A stretch of 64,000 nucleotides of DNA from an uncultured Gemmatimonadota bacterium (GTDB lineage Bacteria; Blakebacterota; Blakebacteria; Blakebacterales; CAYUVJ01): assembly GCA_964519015.1 (NCBI GenBank), contig CAZFHZ010000001.1:5476-69475 (forward strand), written 5' to 3'. The translations under genes and the position numbers were made by a program. Numbering within the stretch: position 1 is the stretch's first letter; each line of letters starts with the position of its first letter. The notes below the pieces were generated by a model. It was not told where the DNA came from, searched no databases, and saw nothing but the letters and a program-made list of their open reading frames with translations. Shown in pieces: positions 44,934 through 55,300 of this stretch.

Positions 44934-46049
44934 CCGGGGGGTGGTCCTCCTCCGGGCTCGTTCCTCCCACGGGCGGATCATCGAGACGAAGAGGTCCACC
45001 AGTTCGGGATCGAAGTTGCTCCCCTTCCCTTTGAGCAGGATGTCGATGATGACGTCGGGCGGGAGCGGGTCCTGGAAGGGACGTTTGGTCCGCATCGCAT
45101 CGTAGGCATCGCACAGATGCACGAGCTGGCTGACCCGGTGGGGGGGACGCTTGAACTTCAGGTCGGGATAGCCACCCCCGTCCCAGCGCAGGTGGTGTTC
45201 GTAGGCGGCCACCGCGGCGACTTCCAATCCCTGCCCGGAGTCGAGCAGGATGCGGGCGCCTTCGGCCGGGTGCCGTATGATCTCCTGCCACTCCCGGTCG
45301 TCCAGTTTCCCCGGCTTGTTGAGGATATCCTGGGACACCACCACCTTGCCCACATCGTGGAGCAGGGCGGCCTCACCCACCACGCGTACCTCGGGACCGG
45401 AGAGGTGCATGAACTCCCCCAGGGCGATGGCCAGTACCGAGGTGTTCATGGAGTGGACGGTGGTGTACTGATCGGTCTGCTTGAGGGGGACCAGGGGGAG
45501 GAAGAGCTTACTCTCCCGGCGCATGGCCGAGGTGAGCGTATCCACTACCGAGCGGGCCACCTCGACCGTGATCCGCCCGCGCCGCTTGGCTTCTTCGTGG
45601 AACTCCTCGACTTTGCCGAGTTCACGCCCGGCCTCGAAGGAGGTCTCATTCTGGTCGGTGCCGAGCAGCCCGAACTGGATGTGCCGGAAGCGCATGGGGT
45701 CGAGCGGATCCACCGTACGACCGGCGGTGGTCCGGACCGCCACAATCTCGAGGAAATCATCGAACTCACGGCGGGACAGTCCCACGGTGAACTCCATGCG
45801 CTCGACTCCGGCCTGGATGAAGCGGCGGGCCGGCGCCCATCCTTTCATCTCACGCAGGGGGGCATCACCGTAGACCACCTCGCCCTCCAGGAAGCTGAAC
45901 CGGACGTGCCGGTCCACCTCCAACAGGGCGGAGAGCAGTTGGAAAGCCTCACCGAGCGGCCGCTCACGGGCCGGGTGTCCGGAAGCATAGAGTCCCATCG
46001 CCGAGAAGGCCTGACCGAGGGCGGTGAGAAGCCGGACCGGGGAACTCAC
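44928..46049 (-). CDS. HD-GYP domain protein, putative cyclic-di-GMP phosphodiesterase.
   Basis: The HD block is AALLHDVGK. The GYP signature is HHLRWDGGGYPD. Confidence 0.85.
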   Translation of the reverse strand: MSSPVRLLTALGQAFSAMGLYASGHPARERPLGEAFQLLSALLEVDRHVRFSFLEGEVVYGDAPLREMKGWAPARRFIQAGVERMEFTVGLSRREFDDFLEIVAVRTTAGRTVDPLDPMRFRHIQFGLLGTDQNETSFEAGRELGKVEEFHEEAKRRGRITVEVARSVVDTLTSAMRRESKLFLPLVPLKQTDQYTTVHSMNTSVLAIALGEFMHLSGPEVRVVGEAALLHDVGKVVVSQDILNKPGKLDDREWQEIIRHPAEGARILLDSGQGLEVAAVAAYEHHLRWDGGGYPDLKFKRPPHRVSQLVHLCDAYDAMRTKRPFQDPLPPDVIIDILLKGKGSNFDPELVDLFVSMIRPWEERARRRTTPRS

Positions 46050-48064
46050 AGGGTGCCTTTACGGGTGCGGACCACGGCCCGGATCTGGGGGTCGCGGGAT
46101 CGCTCGGCCGCCTGGATCACGCGCCGGCTGACCGGATCGTCCGGCCAGTTCCGGTGCAGCGCCGAGAGGGATTCCAGCATCTCCGCGGATTTGGGAGCCA
46201 GGGCCCGAGCGAGGATGAAGCGACGCCGCCAGGCCAGTCGGAGGAGTGTCTGTCTGGCTTCGGTGGTGCCCGATCGGGCGAGCGCGCGGATCCCGGTCAA
46301 TCGCAACGGGGCGGCCGACCCGGTGCTCAGGACCAGGTTGCGGATGAGCGGGACGAGGGTGGCCGGGCAGAAGATCTCCGCGGCGTTGAGACCTAGGGCG
46401 ACGATCTGATCGTCCGTGTCGCTGATGGCGGCAGCGATCGGGACTTCCCGGTCCTCCATGCTGGCCAGCGCGATCCGGAAGGCCTCCCGCCGCACCCCCG
46501 CGTCGGGATCGACCAGCCACGGTTCCGGGGAGAAGTCCGGCGGGAGGGCGGGCAGGACGGCCAGCACCGCCATGAGGTCCCGACGGATCGGTGTAGAGGC
46601 CCCTTCGAGACGGATGGCCACCAGAGGGCCGGCTGCCAGACCGAGTGCCACCAGACGTTCGGCCAGCCCCTGCCGCAGGCGGGCGGCCTCGGCCGCTTCC
46701 AGGGCGTCGAGGATCGCTTCGATCCCTTCCGGTTTCAGATGGGGGAGCAACCGGTCGAGCAGGCCCAGGTCGGGCGGCCGGCCGGCCAGCACCCGCCGGA
46801 CGGTCTCCGGCCGGGCCACATCGGGCCAGAGGGCCGCGGCCGCCCGCGAGTCCTCACCGGTCGCATCGAGCAGTCCCAGCAGCGTCGCCAGCTCCCCCGA
46901 GCCCAGCATCGAGGCGACCGCATCGAAGGTGATCCGCCCCGCCTCGTCCAGTTCCAGGCTCATCTGGACGATCCGGACCGGTTCCGGTTCCTCCAGCCAG
47001 AAGGGTTCGGCGGAGAGGATCGGGGACTGTCGGCTGAACTCCCGCAGCGCCCGGCCGTAATCCTCCGGATTGGGGTCGTCGATCTGCCACTCCGCTCCCA
47101 GCTCGCGGACCATCTCACCCAGCTCCTGCCCGCCCGGACCCGGGTCCGCCGAGGGATCCTCCCCTTCTCCTTCCCCCGGTGGGGGGGTATCGGTCTGCGT
47201 GCCCAACTTAGTCAGGATACGCAGGAAGCTGGCGCCCGGTCCCTCCTGCTCCCCCCCGGCCCGCTCGACCAGGTCGGCGACCGCGGAGGTGAGGGAATCA
47301 GCTCCTTCGGCGGCCGAGTCGACCAGACCCGGCACCGCCCTGATCAGCCGGCCGAGGGTCTTCGGAGGGGTCTTCAGGATCAGGCGGGCGATCTCCTGGC
47401 GGAAGGTGACCGGATCGTCCGGTGGCTCACCGCGCATGACCCGGGTGAGTTGCGGGTACTCGGTCGCTGAGAACCCGGGGTCCTTCCCCTCCTGGGGAGC
47501 ACCGGATCCGGTCTCCTCCGCCACGCCGGACGCTTCGTCCGATCCACCCGCCTCCCCGGTCTCGGAAGCACCCTCCACCGGCAGCGGGCCCATCCCCGGC
47601 GGCGACTCCCGGGCGATGGCCAGGCTCTCGTAGGCGACCGGCTCCAGCCGGATGTGGGGCCACTGCTGCAACGCCTGAGCTCCGGAGGCCCCCAGGGGGA
47701 CCCCCGAGCGGCCCAGCGGCTGGGCGACGGCGGTGAGCAGTCCCTCCATCTCCTGGGCCCCCACCCCCCGGCCCAGGAGCAGGCTGTGGAGCTGGTGCTG
47801 GTTGAGGCGCAGGGCGAGACCGGCGTAAAGGGGGTTGGCCGGATCACTCTCACCACTGCTGAGCACCAGGCGGTCCTTGCGGACGATGATCTCCAGGCCC
47901 TCGCGTTCCCCGACCAGGAGTGCCTCCAGCCGGTCGGCCAGTAACTGGGCCGTGGCGCCGCGGGAGGGATGCCCCGGCGGGTACATCGCATAGCGCTGTA
48001 CCCCCCGGGCGAGTTCGGTGACCACTGCGAGGTGCTCCGGGATCATCCGGTACTCACTGGACAT
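46046..48064 (-). CDS. Large hypothetical protein (~672 aa) with C-terminal HEAT/PBS-lyase-like repeats, co-transcribed with the HD-GYP gene.
   Basis: The start was chosen at MSSEYRMIPEHL (48064). The C-terminal third shows repeated D-x-D-x-x-VRxxA...AL helices. There is a 4-nt overlap with the HD-GYP start. Confidence 0.5.
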   Translation of the reverse strand: MSSEYRMIPEHLAVVTELARGVQRYAMYPPGHPSRGATAQLLADRLEALLVGEREGLEIIVRKDRLVLSSGESDPANPLYAGLALRLNQHQLHSLLLGRGVGAQEMEGLLTAVAQPLGRSGVPLGASGAQALQQWPHIRLEPVAYESLAIARESPPGMGPLPVEGASETGEAGGSDEASGVAEETGSGAPQEGKDPGFSATEYPQLTRVMRGEPPDDPVTFRQEIARLILKTPPKTLGRLIRAVPGLVDSAAEGADSLTSAVADLVERAGGEQEGPGASFLRILTKLGTQTDTPPPGEGEGEDPSADPGPGGQELGEMVRELGAEWQIDDPNPEDYGRALREFSRQSPILSAEPFWLEEPEPVRIVQMSLELDEAGRITFDAVASMLGSGELATLLGLLDATGEDSRAAAALWPDVARPETVRRVLAGRPPDLGLLDRLLPHLKPEGIEAILDALEAAEAARLRQGLAERLVALGLAAGPLVAIRLEGASTPIRRDLMAVLAVLPALPPDFSPEPWLVDPDAGVRREAFRIALASMEDREVPIAAAISDTDDQIVALGLNAAEIFCPATLVPLIRNLVLSTGSAAPLRLTGIRALARSGTTEARQTLLRLAWRRRFILARALAPKSAEMLESLSALHRNWPDDPVSRRVIQAAERSRDPQIRAVVRTRKGTL

Positions 48065-48290
48065 GCGCCGCGGGTGGCCGGTCGCCGCGGAGCCGGGTGT
48101 GGTGGTCGTTCCTGCCACGGTGGTCGCTCGGCCGGACCGGGCACAATCTGTTTATAGTGCTCTCCTCCGACGGAGCGCAAACAGGACTCCGAAGCGTCCC
48201 CACCCTCCCGGGTGTCCCCGCCCGTCGGGGACCCGAATATCTTATACCCAGAGGACTCTGCGATTCAGAGCAATAGCCGGGAGGGACGCG

Positions 48291-48635
48291 TTGCCGGGAT
48301 CCGACCGAATCGAAGAACACCTACGGGCGGCCGTACGGGCCCGTCTGGAGGCTCTGGACCGGCTGCTGGAGCACCGGGTGCGCCTGACCGTGGCGGTCCT
48401 GCTGGCGCCTGGCCGGCAGCTCTCTTTCGCCGCCCTGAAGGGAGTGACCGGGGAGAGTGACGGCAGCCTGGGAGCCCATCTCAAGCGCCTGAGCGAAGCG
48501 GGCTACCTGGCCATCGAGCGCGGATTCGTGGCCGGCCGGCCGCTCTCCCGATATGCGCTCACGCCCCGCGGCCTGGCCGCCCTGGAGCGCCATCTGGACG
48601 CCCTGGAGGGTCTGCTGACCGAGACCCTGGCCTGA
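48291..48635 (+). CDS. Small winged-helix (HTH_34-like) transcriptional regulator.
   Basis: The TTG start is preceded by GGGAGGG. The wHTH block is LTVAVLLAPGRQLSFAALKGVTGESDGSLGAHLKRLSEAGYLAIERG. The ORF-track N-terminal extension back to 48018 overlaps the upstream gene. Confidence 0.5.
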   Translation: MPGSDRIEEHLRAAVRARLEALDRLLEHRVRLTVAVLLAPGRQLSFAALKGVTGESDGSLGAHLKRLSEAGYLAIERGFVAGRPLSRYALTPRGLAALERHLDALEGLLTETLA

Positions 48636-48729
48636 AGAATGCAGGAACCCTCAGCGGGACTCCGGAGTCGATAGGGGGAACCCGGAATCGGCCGCCCGGG
48701 AAACCGGCCGCGCCGCCAGGAATGGATCG

Positions 48730-49125
48730 ATGACCCGACGCCGCAGCCCAGCCGTACTCCTGACCGCCCTGCTCCTGCTCGGCCCGGGGGAATGGGTGTG
48801 GGCATATCCGTGGGACTGTCCCGCCACCGGGTCAGCGAGCGCAAGCTGCGGTTGCTGCTGCCAGACGCCGGATCGGCCGATCCACGGAGCCGCCCTGACC
48901 GCGACCGGATGCTGCCGGACCGAGGTCGGACCCGCCGACGGACCCGAGACGGAATACCTCCCGGGCGGAGAAGCGTGGACACCCCGCCCGCCCACCGGCC
49001 CCCCCCTCGTTCTTCTCCCCGGACCGGCGGCCGCTTCACCCCCCGGGACACCCCCGCTTCCGGTGGTGGTCTCCCGGGCGCACGCTCCTCCCTGCTACAC
49101 CCTCTTCTGCAGCCGGCTGAACTGA
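48730..49125 (+). CDS. Candidate small secreted Cys-rich protein upstream of the heavy-metal efflux operon; weakly supported.
   Basis: The signal-like N-terminus is MTRRRSPAVLLTALLLLGPGEWVWA. Cys clusters are CGCCC and TGCC. The C-terminal half is Pro-rich low complexity and may not be coding. Confidence 0.2.
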   Translation: MTRRRSPAVLLTALLLLGPGEWVWAYPWDCPATGSASASCGCCCQTPDRPIHGAALTATGCCRTEVGPADGPETEYLPGGEAWTPRPPTGPPLVLLPGPAAASPPGTPPLPVVVSRAHAPPCYTLFCSRLN

Positions 49126-49214
49126 TCCCCGCCTGAGGGGACGCCCCGCCCGACCGGAGGCCCGCCCCTCCACGCTGAGTTGCCTGCGCCGTTCTCGGTA
49201 CCCCTGTCCGTGGA

Positions 49215-50570
49215 GTGTCCATGATGATGTCCCGATCCCGGGAGGCGTCTGCCTCCCTCATGATCCTGTTCCTGCCCCTGTTGGTGGGCGGCTGCGCTGC
49301 GGGTTCCCACCGGGTCTTCCCGGGGGCCGACCGGGCGGCCATCGCCGAACCATCCGGACCGGCGCTCCCGGCGGATGAAGCGCTGGAGCCGGAAGCCCTG
49401 GTCGAGGCGGTGCTCGCCCGCAATCCGTCGCTGGAATCCGCCCGCCAGCGGTGGCGCGCCGCCGCCGCCCTCCGGCCGCAGGTCACCGCTCTCCCCGACC
49501 CCGGACTCTCCGCCACCCTCTCACCGGGAAGCGCCCTCGATCCCGGGGCCCGGACGATCGGTGAGGTGATGCTGGCCCAGAGCTTCCCCTGGCCGGGCCG
49601 GCTCCGTCTGGCCGGGGAGCAGGCCGACCAGCTCGCCGGGGCCGCGGCCTCCGATCACCAGGCGCTGCAGCGGATGCTTGCCGCCACGGCCCTCCGGGCC
49701 TACTACGACCTCTGGGAGACCGAGCGGCACCTCGAACTGAATCTAGCCCACGAGCGCCTGCTGTCGGAACTGCACGACAGCGCAGGTTCCGCCTGGGCGA
49801 GCGGTCGGGGCTCCCCGCAGGATGTGCTCCAGGTCGAGCTGGAAACGGCCCGGCTAGCCCGGGAGCGGCTCATGCTGGAGCGGATGCGCACCCGGCTGCA
49901 GGCCGCTCTCAATGCGCTGTTGGGAGCGTCCCCGGAGGCGCCGCTCCCCTCCCCACCGCGGGCGCTCGAGCTCCCCGGCCGGCCGCTGCCGGAGCGGGGG
50001 ACGGTCTCAACCGAGGCGCTCTCTGCCCACCCGGAGCTCGAGGCCGCGGCCCGTCGGAGCGAAGCCGCCCGGGTCGGGCTGCGCCTGGCCCGGCTCCGCT
50101 ACTACCCCGATCTGACACCGATGGTGGGTTACAACTCCATGCTGGAGCGGCCCGCCTGGCGCCCCGTGGTCGGGCTCGCCCTCGCGCTCCCGCTCCGGCT
50201 CGGGAGCCGGGATGCCGCCACCGAACAGGCCGCGGCGGCCCTTCAGGCGGCCGAGTACGAAGAGGCCGGCCGGCGGGACTGGATCCGGCTCGAGGCGGAC
50301 ACCCGGCTCCAGGAAGCCCTCGAGGCGGACAGCACCCTCGCCCTCTACCGGGAGCGGCTGCTGCCGACCGTACGCAGACAATTGGAAGCGGCCCGGACGG
50401 GTTACCGGACCGGGCGGAATGATTTCTCCGCCGTCATCCAGGCGGAGCGGGAACTGCTCACCATCGAACGGGAAGATGCCACCGCGCTGGCGGCGGTCTG
50501 GCGGACGCGCGCTGCGCTCGAAGAAGCGCTCGGCCGGATCCCCGGCCGGCAACCGAAAGGAACCCTCTGA
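49215..50570 (+). CDS. TolC-family outer membrane efflux protein (CusC/CzcC-like), lipoprotein.
   Basis: The lipobox signal is LMILFLPLLVGGC. OEP repeat character is evident. This is the first gene of the efflux operon. Confidence 0.8.
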   Translation: MSMMMSRSREASASLMILFLPLLVGGCAAGSHRVFPGADRAAIAEPSGPALPADEALEPEALVEAVLARNPSLESARQRWRAAAALRPQVTALPDPGLSATLSPGSALDPGARTIGEVMLAQSFPWPGRLRLAGEQADQLAGAAASDHQALQRMLAATALRAYYDLWETERHLELNLAHERLLSELHDSAGSAWASGRGSPQDVLQVELETARLARERLMLERMRTRLQAALNALLGASPEAPLPSPPRALELPGRPLPERGTVSTEALSAHPELEAAARRSEAARVGLRLARLRYYPDLTPMVGYNSMLERPAWRPVVGLALALPLRLGSRDAATEQAAAALQAAEYEEAGRRDWIRLEADTRLQEALEADSTLALYRERLLPTVRRQLEAARTGYRTGRNDFSAVIQAERELLTIEREDATALAAVWRTRAALEEALGRIPGRQPKGTL

Positions 50571-52309
50571 TGCCACGGAACGAAGAGAAGAGAAGGGACC
50601 GGCGGTGGCTGGTCGCGGTGCTGCTCCCGGTGAGTCTACTCCTGGTGCTCGCCGCCTCGGGCGCCTTCGCCCGCTCCTCCGGGATCGCAACAGCTGCGCG
50701 TCAGGAAGGCCCCTATGCCTTCACACCCGGAGCGCTCGGCCGATTGGAGGCCGCCTTCGACAGCTACGAGAAGATCCGGAGCGGTCTCTCCTCCGACTCT
50801 GTCACCGGTCTCGCCGGGGAAGCCGCCGCCGTGGCCACCCGGCTGGAGGAAGCCGTCCGGGAAGTGCCCGCCTCGGCCCCCCGGATGCGGTCTCTGCTGA
50901 CCGCTGCGACCGCCGCCGCCCGTACCCTGGGCACCCGTGAGGAGATCGAGGCGGCCCGGCACGACTTCGGCGAGCTCTCCCGGCTGCTGATCGCGCTCGC
51001 CCAGGCGGATGCCCGCCTCACCCGCGGGCGCTGGGTCTTCTACTGCCCGATGACCCCCACCTACCCGAAGTGGTTCCAGAAGGTGGAGACGCTGGCCAAC
51101 CCCTACTACGGCTCGAAGATGCTCACCTGCGGGAGCGCCAGCACCTGGGAGGCGGAGATCCCCCCCGGACTCCTGAGCACCGGGGAGGCACCGGTGCCGG
51201 CCGATCCGGATACGATCGCCTACTACACCTGTCCGATGCATCCCTCGATCCACGCCTCGCAGCCGGGGGCCTGCCCGATCTGCGGGATGGACCTGGTGCC
51301 GGTGCGGCAACAGGAGCTGGAGAGCGGGGTCGTGCTGGTGGATCCGGTCCGGCAGCAGAAGATCGGGGTCCGGATCGAACCGGCACAGCATGAGCCCATG
51401 ATCCTCCAGGTCCGGGCCGTGGGTCGCCTCACCTGGGACGATGGACGGCTCACCGACGTCAGCCTGAAGGTGGGAGGTTGGATCGAGGACCTCTTCGTCA
51501 GCGACCTCTCCCACCGGGTGGAAGAGGGGGAGCCTCTCTTCACGCTCTACAGCCCCGAACTCTACGCGGCCCAGCGCGACTACCTCCAGCTGGTCCGGGA
51601 CGGCGGCGCATCCGGCCCCCTGGTGGAGACCGCCCGGGAGCGCCTCCTGCTCGCCGACATGACGGCCGGGCAGATCGAGACCATCACCCGCACCGGGCAG
51701 CCGATGCTCCACGTACCCGTACTCTCCCCCGCCGGCGGGTTCGTGGTGGCCCGGGAGGTGGTCCGCGGCGCCTCGGTCAGGCCGGGGGAGCGGCTCTACC
51801 GGATCGCCGACCTCGGGCGGATCTGGGTGGAGGCCGAGGTCTACGAGTCCGATCTGGCGCTGCTGCGGACCGGACAGCAGGCCCGCGTCCGGCTCTCCTA
51901 CCTCCCCGACCGCTCCTTTTCGGCCGAGATCACCCGCATCTATCCCTACCTGGAGGGGGCGACCCGCACCGGACGGGTCCGCCTGGAACTGGATAATCCC
52001 GCGCTGGAACTCAAGCCCGATATGTATGCCGACGTCGACCTGGAGGTGGACCTGGGCCGCCCGCTCCAGGTCCCGGCCTCGGCGGTCATCTACACCGGCC
52101 CGCGCCGGATCGTCATGGTCGAAGTGGGGGAGGGACGCTTCCAGCCGCGCGAGATCCAGACCGGACGCCGGACCGAGGAGCGGATCGAGGTCCTCTCCGG
52201 TCTGCAGGCGGGAGAGCGGGTGGTCTCCTCGGGCACCTTCCTGATCGCCGCCGAGAGTCGCCTGCGGTCGGCCGCCGGCTACTGGGAGGGCGGACATGCC
52301 GGTCACTGA
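50570..52309 (+). CDS. RND efflux periplasmic adaptor (CusB/CzcB family) with an N-terminal heavy-metal-binding domain.
   Basis: Duplicated CPM/CPxCGM motifs are present (WVFYCPMTPTYPKWF, YYTCPMHPSIHASQPGACPICGMDL). A membrane-fusion beta-barrel / lipoyl-like core follows. Confidence 0.85.
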   Translation: MPRNEEKRRDRRWLVAVLLPVSLLLVLAASGAFARSSGIATAARQEGPYAFTPGALGRLEAAFDSYEKIRSGLSSDSVTGLAGEAAAVATRLEEAVREVPASAPRMRSLLTAATAAARTLGTREEIEAARHDFGELSRLLIALAQADARLTRGRWVFYCPMTPTYPKWFQKVETLANPYYGSKMLTCGSASTWEAEIPPGLLSTGEAPVPADPDTIAYYTCPMHPSIHASQPGACPICGMDLVPVRQQELESGVVLVDPVRQQKIGVRIEPAQHEPMILQVRAVGRLTWDDGRLTDVSLKVGGWIEDLFVSDLSHRVEEGEPLFTLYSPELYAAQRDYLQLVRDGGASGPLVETARERLLLADMTAGQIETITRTGQPMLHVPVLSPAGGFVVAREVVRGASVRPGERLYRIADLGRIWVEAEVYESDLALLRTGQQARVRLSYLPDRSFSAEITRIYPYLEGATRTGRVRLELDNPALELKPDMYADVDLEVDLGRPLQVPASAVIYTGPRRIVMVEVGEGRFQPREIQTGRRTEERIEVLSGLQAGERVVSSGTFLIAAESRLRSAAGYWEGGHAGH

Positions 52310-55300
52310 GGGGAGCGGCCTTAGAGGGACCGGACTGCTCGGCCGGTTGATCGCCGGCAGCGCCCGCAATCCATGGCTCACCGTGGCCCTGGCCGCCGGC
52401 CTGGGGCTCTGGGGCTGGTGGGCCATGCGCGCGGCGCCACTCGATGCCATCCCCGACCTCTCCGACGTGCAGGTGATCATCCAGACCGAATGGGGGGGAC
52501 GGAGTCCCGACCTGGTCGAGGACCAGATCACCTACCCGATCACCTCCCGACTGGTCGCCGCCCCCCGGGTGCGCTTCGTGCGAGGGCAGAGCTTCTTCGG
52601 GGTCTCGTTCGTCTATGTCGTCTTCGAGGATGGCACGGATATCTACTGGGCGCGCAGCCGGGTCCTGGAGTACCTGAACACGGTCCAGGCCGATCTCCCG
52701 GCAGGGGTCGCCCCCACCCTGGGTCCCGACGCGACCGGAGTGGGCTGGGTCTTCCAGTACGCCCTGCTCGACCGGACGGGAGGGCACGACCTCCAGCAGC
52801 TCCGCTCGATCCAGGACTGGAACGTCCGCTTCGCACTGGAGAGCGTCGAGGGGGTGGCCGAGGTCGGTTCCATCGGCGGCTTCGTCAAGGAGTACCAGGT
52901 CCTGCTCGACCCGGTCCGGCTGCTCGGTCACAGCATCACCCTCTCCGAAGTCATCCGGGCGGTGCGCGCCTCCAATGAGGACGCCGGCGGACACACCATC
53001 GAGATCGCCGGTCACGAGCACATGATCCGGGGACGCGGCTATCTCCGCGGCCTGGACGACCTGGGGGGTATCCCGCTCCGGGCCACTCCGGACGGCACGC
53101 CGGTCCGCCTGCGCGATGTGGCCGAGGTCGAGATCGGACCGGCCAGCCGCCGCGGGATCGCCGAGCTGGACGGTCAGGGGGAGGTCGCGGGGGGGATCGT
53201 CATCATGCGCTACGGCGAGAACGCCCTGCGGGTGATCGACCGGGTGAAGGCACGGCTCGAGGAGGTGCGCCGGAGCCTCCCCGAGGGGGTGGAGCTGGTG
53301 GTCACCTACGACCGCTCCGAGCTCATCAAGGCCTCGATCGAGACCCTGAAGCGCACCCTGCTCGAAGAGATGGTGATCGTCAGCCTGGTCATCTTCCTCT
53401 TCCTGATGCATGCCCGCAGCGCCCTGGTCCCGGTCATCGCCCTGCCCCTGGCCGTCCTGGCCGCGTTCGTGCCGATGTTCTATCAGGGGCTGACCGCCAA
53501 CATCATGTCCCTGGGCGGCATCGCGGTCGCCCTCGGCGCCATGGTGGACGCCTCGATCATCATCATCGAGAACATCCATCAGCGGCTCTCGGAGTGGGAG
53601 GAGCGGGGACGGGTCGAACCCCGCCTGGAGGTCCTCATCGGCGCCATGCAGGAGGTCGGACCCTCGATCTTCTTCTCCCTGCTGGTGATCACGGTCTCCT
53701 TCCTGCCCGTCTTCACCCTCCAGGCGACCGAAGGGCGGCTCTTCCGCCCGCTCGCCTTCACCAAGACCTATTCGATGGGTTTCGCGGCCATCCTGGCCGT
53801 GACCCTGACCCCCGCCCTGGCGGCTCTGCTCATCCGGGGACGGCTCCGGCGGGAGGAGCACGATGTGCTCAACCGCTGGCTGGTCAGGCTCTACGAGCCG
53901 GTGGTCCGTATCGTGATCCGTTGGCGCTGGGTGGTCATCGCCGGCGCCCTGCTGCTGGTCACCGCCACCATCCCCGTCTTCCTGCGTCTCAAGAGCGAGT
54001 TCATGCCCCCCCTCAACGAGGGGGCGATTCTCTATATGCCGACCTCCCCCCCGGGCATGTCGGCGACCGAGGCGGCCAACGCCCTCCAGCTACTCGACCG
54101 GGAGTTGCGCCGCTTCCCGGAGGTCGAGCGGGTCTTCGGGAAGATGGGACGGGCGCAGACCGCCACCGATCCCGCTCCGCTCGACATGGCCGAGATCACC
54201 GTGGTCCTGAAGCCCCGCGACCAGTGGCGCCAGGGACTGACCTGGGACGACCTGGTGCGGGAGATGGACGAGGAGGTCCGCATCCCCGGGATGCCGAACG
54301 TCTGGTGGATGCCGATCCAGACCCGGACCGAGATGCTGGCCACCGGGATCCGCAGCCCGCTCGGGATCAAGGTGTACGGGGACGACCTGGAGACGATCGA
54401 GCGGGCCGCGCGGTCGGTGGAGGATGCCCTGGCCGATGTGCCCGGCACCCGCAGCGCCTATGCGGAACGGTCCACCGGCGGGAACTACCTCGATTTCGAC
54501 ATCGACCGTGAGGCCGCCGCCCGTTTCGGGCTCTCGGTGGCCGACATCAACGAAGTGATCATGACGGCGGTGGGGGGCATGAGCGTCACCCAGACCGTCG
54601 AGGGACGGGAGCGCTATCCGGTCAGCATCCGCTATGCTCGTGAATGGCGGGACGAGCCCGACCAGCTGGAGCGCATCCTGGTCCCGACCCCGACGGGAGT
54701 GCAGATCCCGATCTCCCAGGTGGCCCGGATCGTGCATCGCACCGGCCCTCCCATGATCCGCAGCGAGGACGGGAAACTGCTCGGATTCGTCTTCGTGGAC
54801 ATCGCCGACCGGCCCATCGCCGACTACGTCCACCAGGCCCGCAGGGTGGTCGCCCGGGACCTCACCCTGCCGCCGGGGGTGCGCCTGGAGTGGGCCGGCC
54901 AGTTCACCTACCTGGAACGGGCCAAGCAGCGGCTCCGCCTGATCGTGCCCATCACCCTGGCCCTGGTGCTCTTCCTGCTCTATGCCAACACCCGCTCGGT
55001 GACCGAGGCAGGGATTGTGCTGCTGGCCGTCCCCTTCTCCCTGGTCGGGGCCTTCTGGCTCCTCTTCCTGCTGGGCTACCACCTGAGCGTGGCCGTCTGG
55101 GTGGGCCTCATCGCACTGGCCGGATTGGACGCGGAGACGGGGGTGGTCATGCTGCTCTATCTGAAACTGGCCCACCGGCGCCGGAGAGAGGAGGGAAGAC
55201 TGGCTACGACCGCCGACCTGACCGAAGCGATCGTGGAGGGATCGGCCCGGCGGATCCGGCCCAAACTGATGACCGTGCTGACGACCATGATCGCCCTGCT

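Noticed and set aside
48018-48290. N-terminal 90 codons of the 48018..48635 ORF as part of the wHTH regulator.
   Set aside because: The segment overlaps the 5' end of the upstream HEAT-repeat gene and has no domain character. A TTG with GGGAGGG RBS at 48291 gives a 114-aa regulator of normal size.
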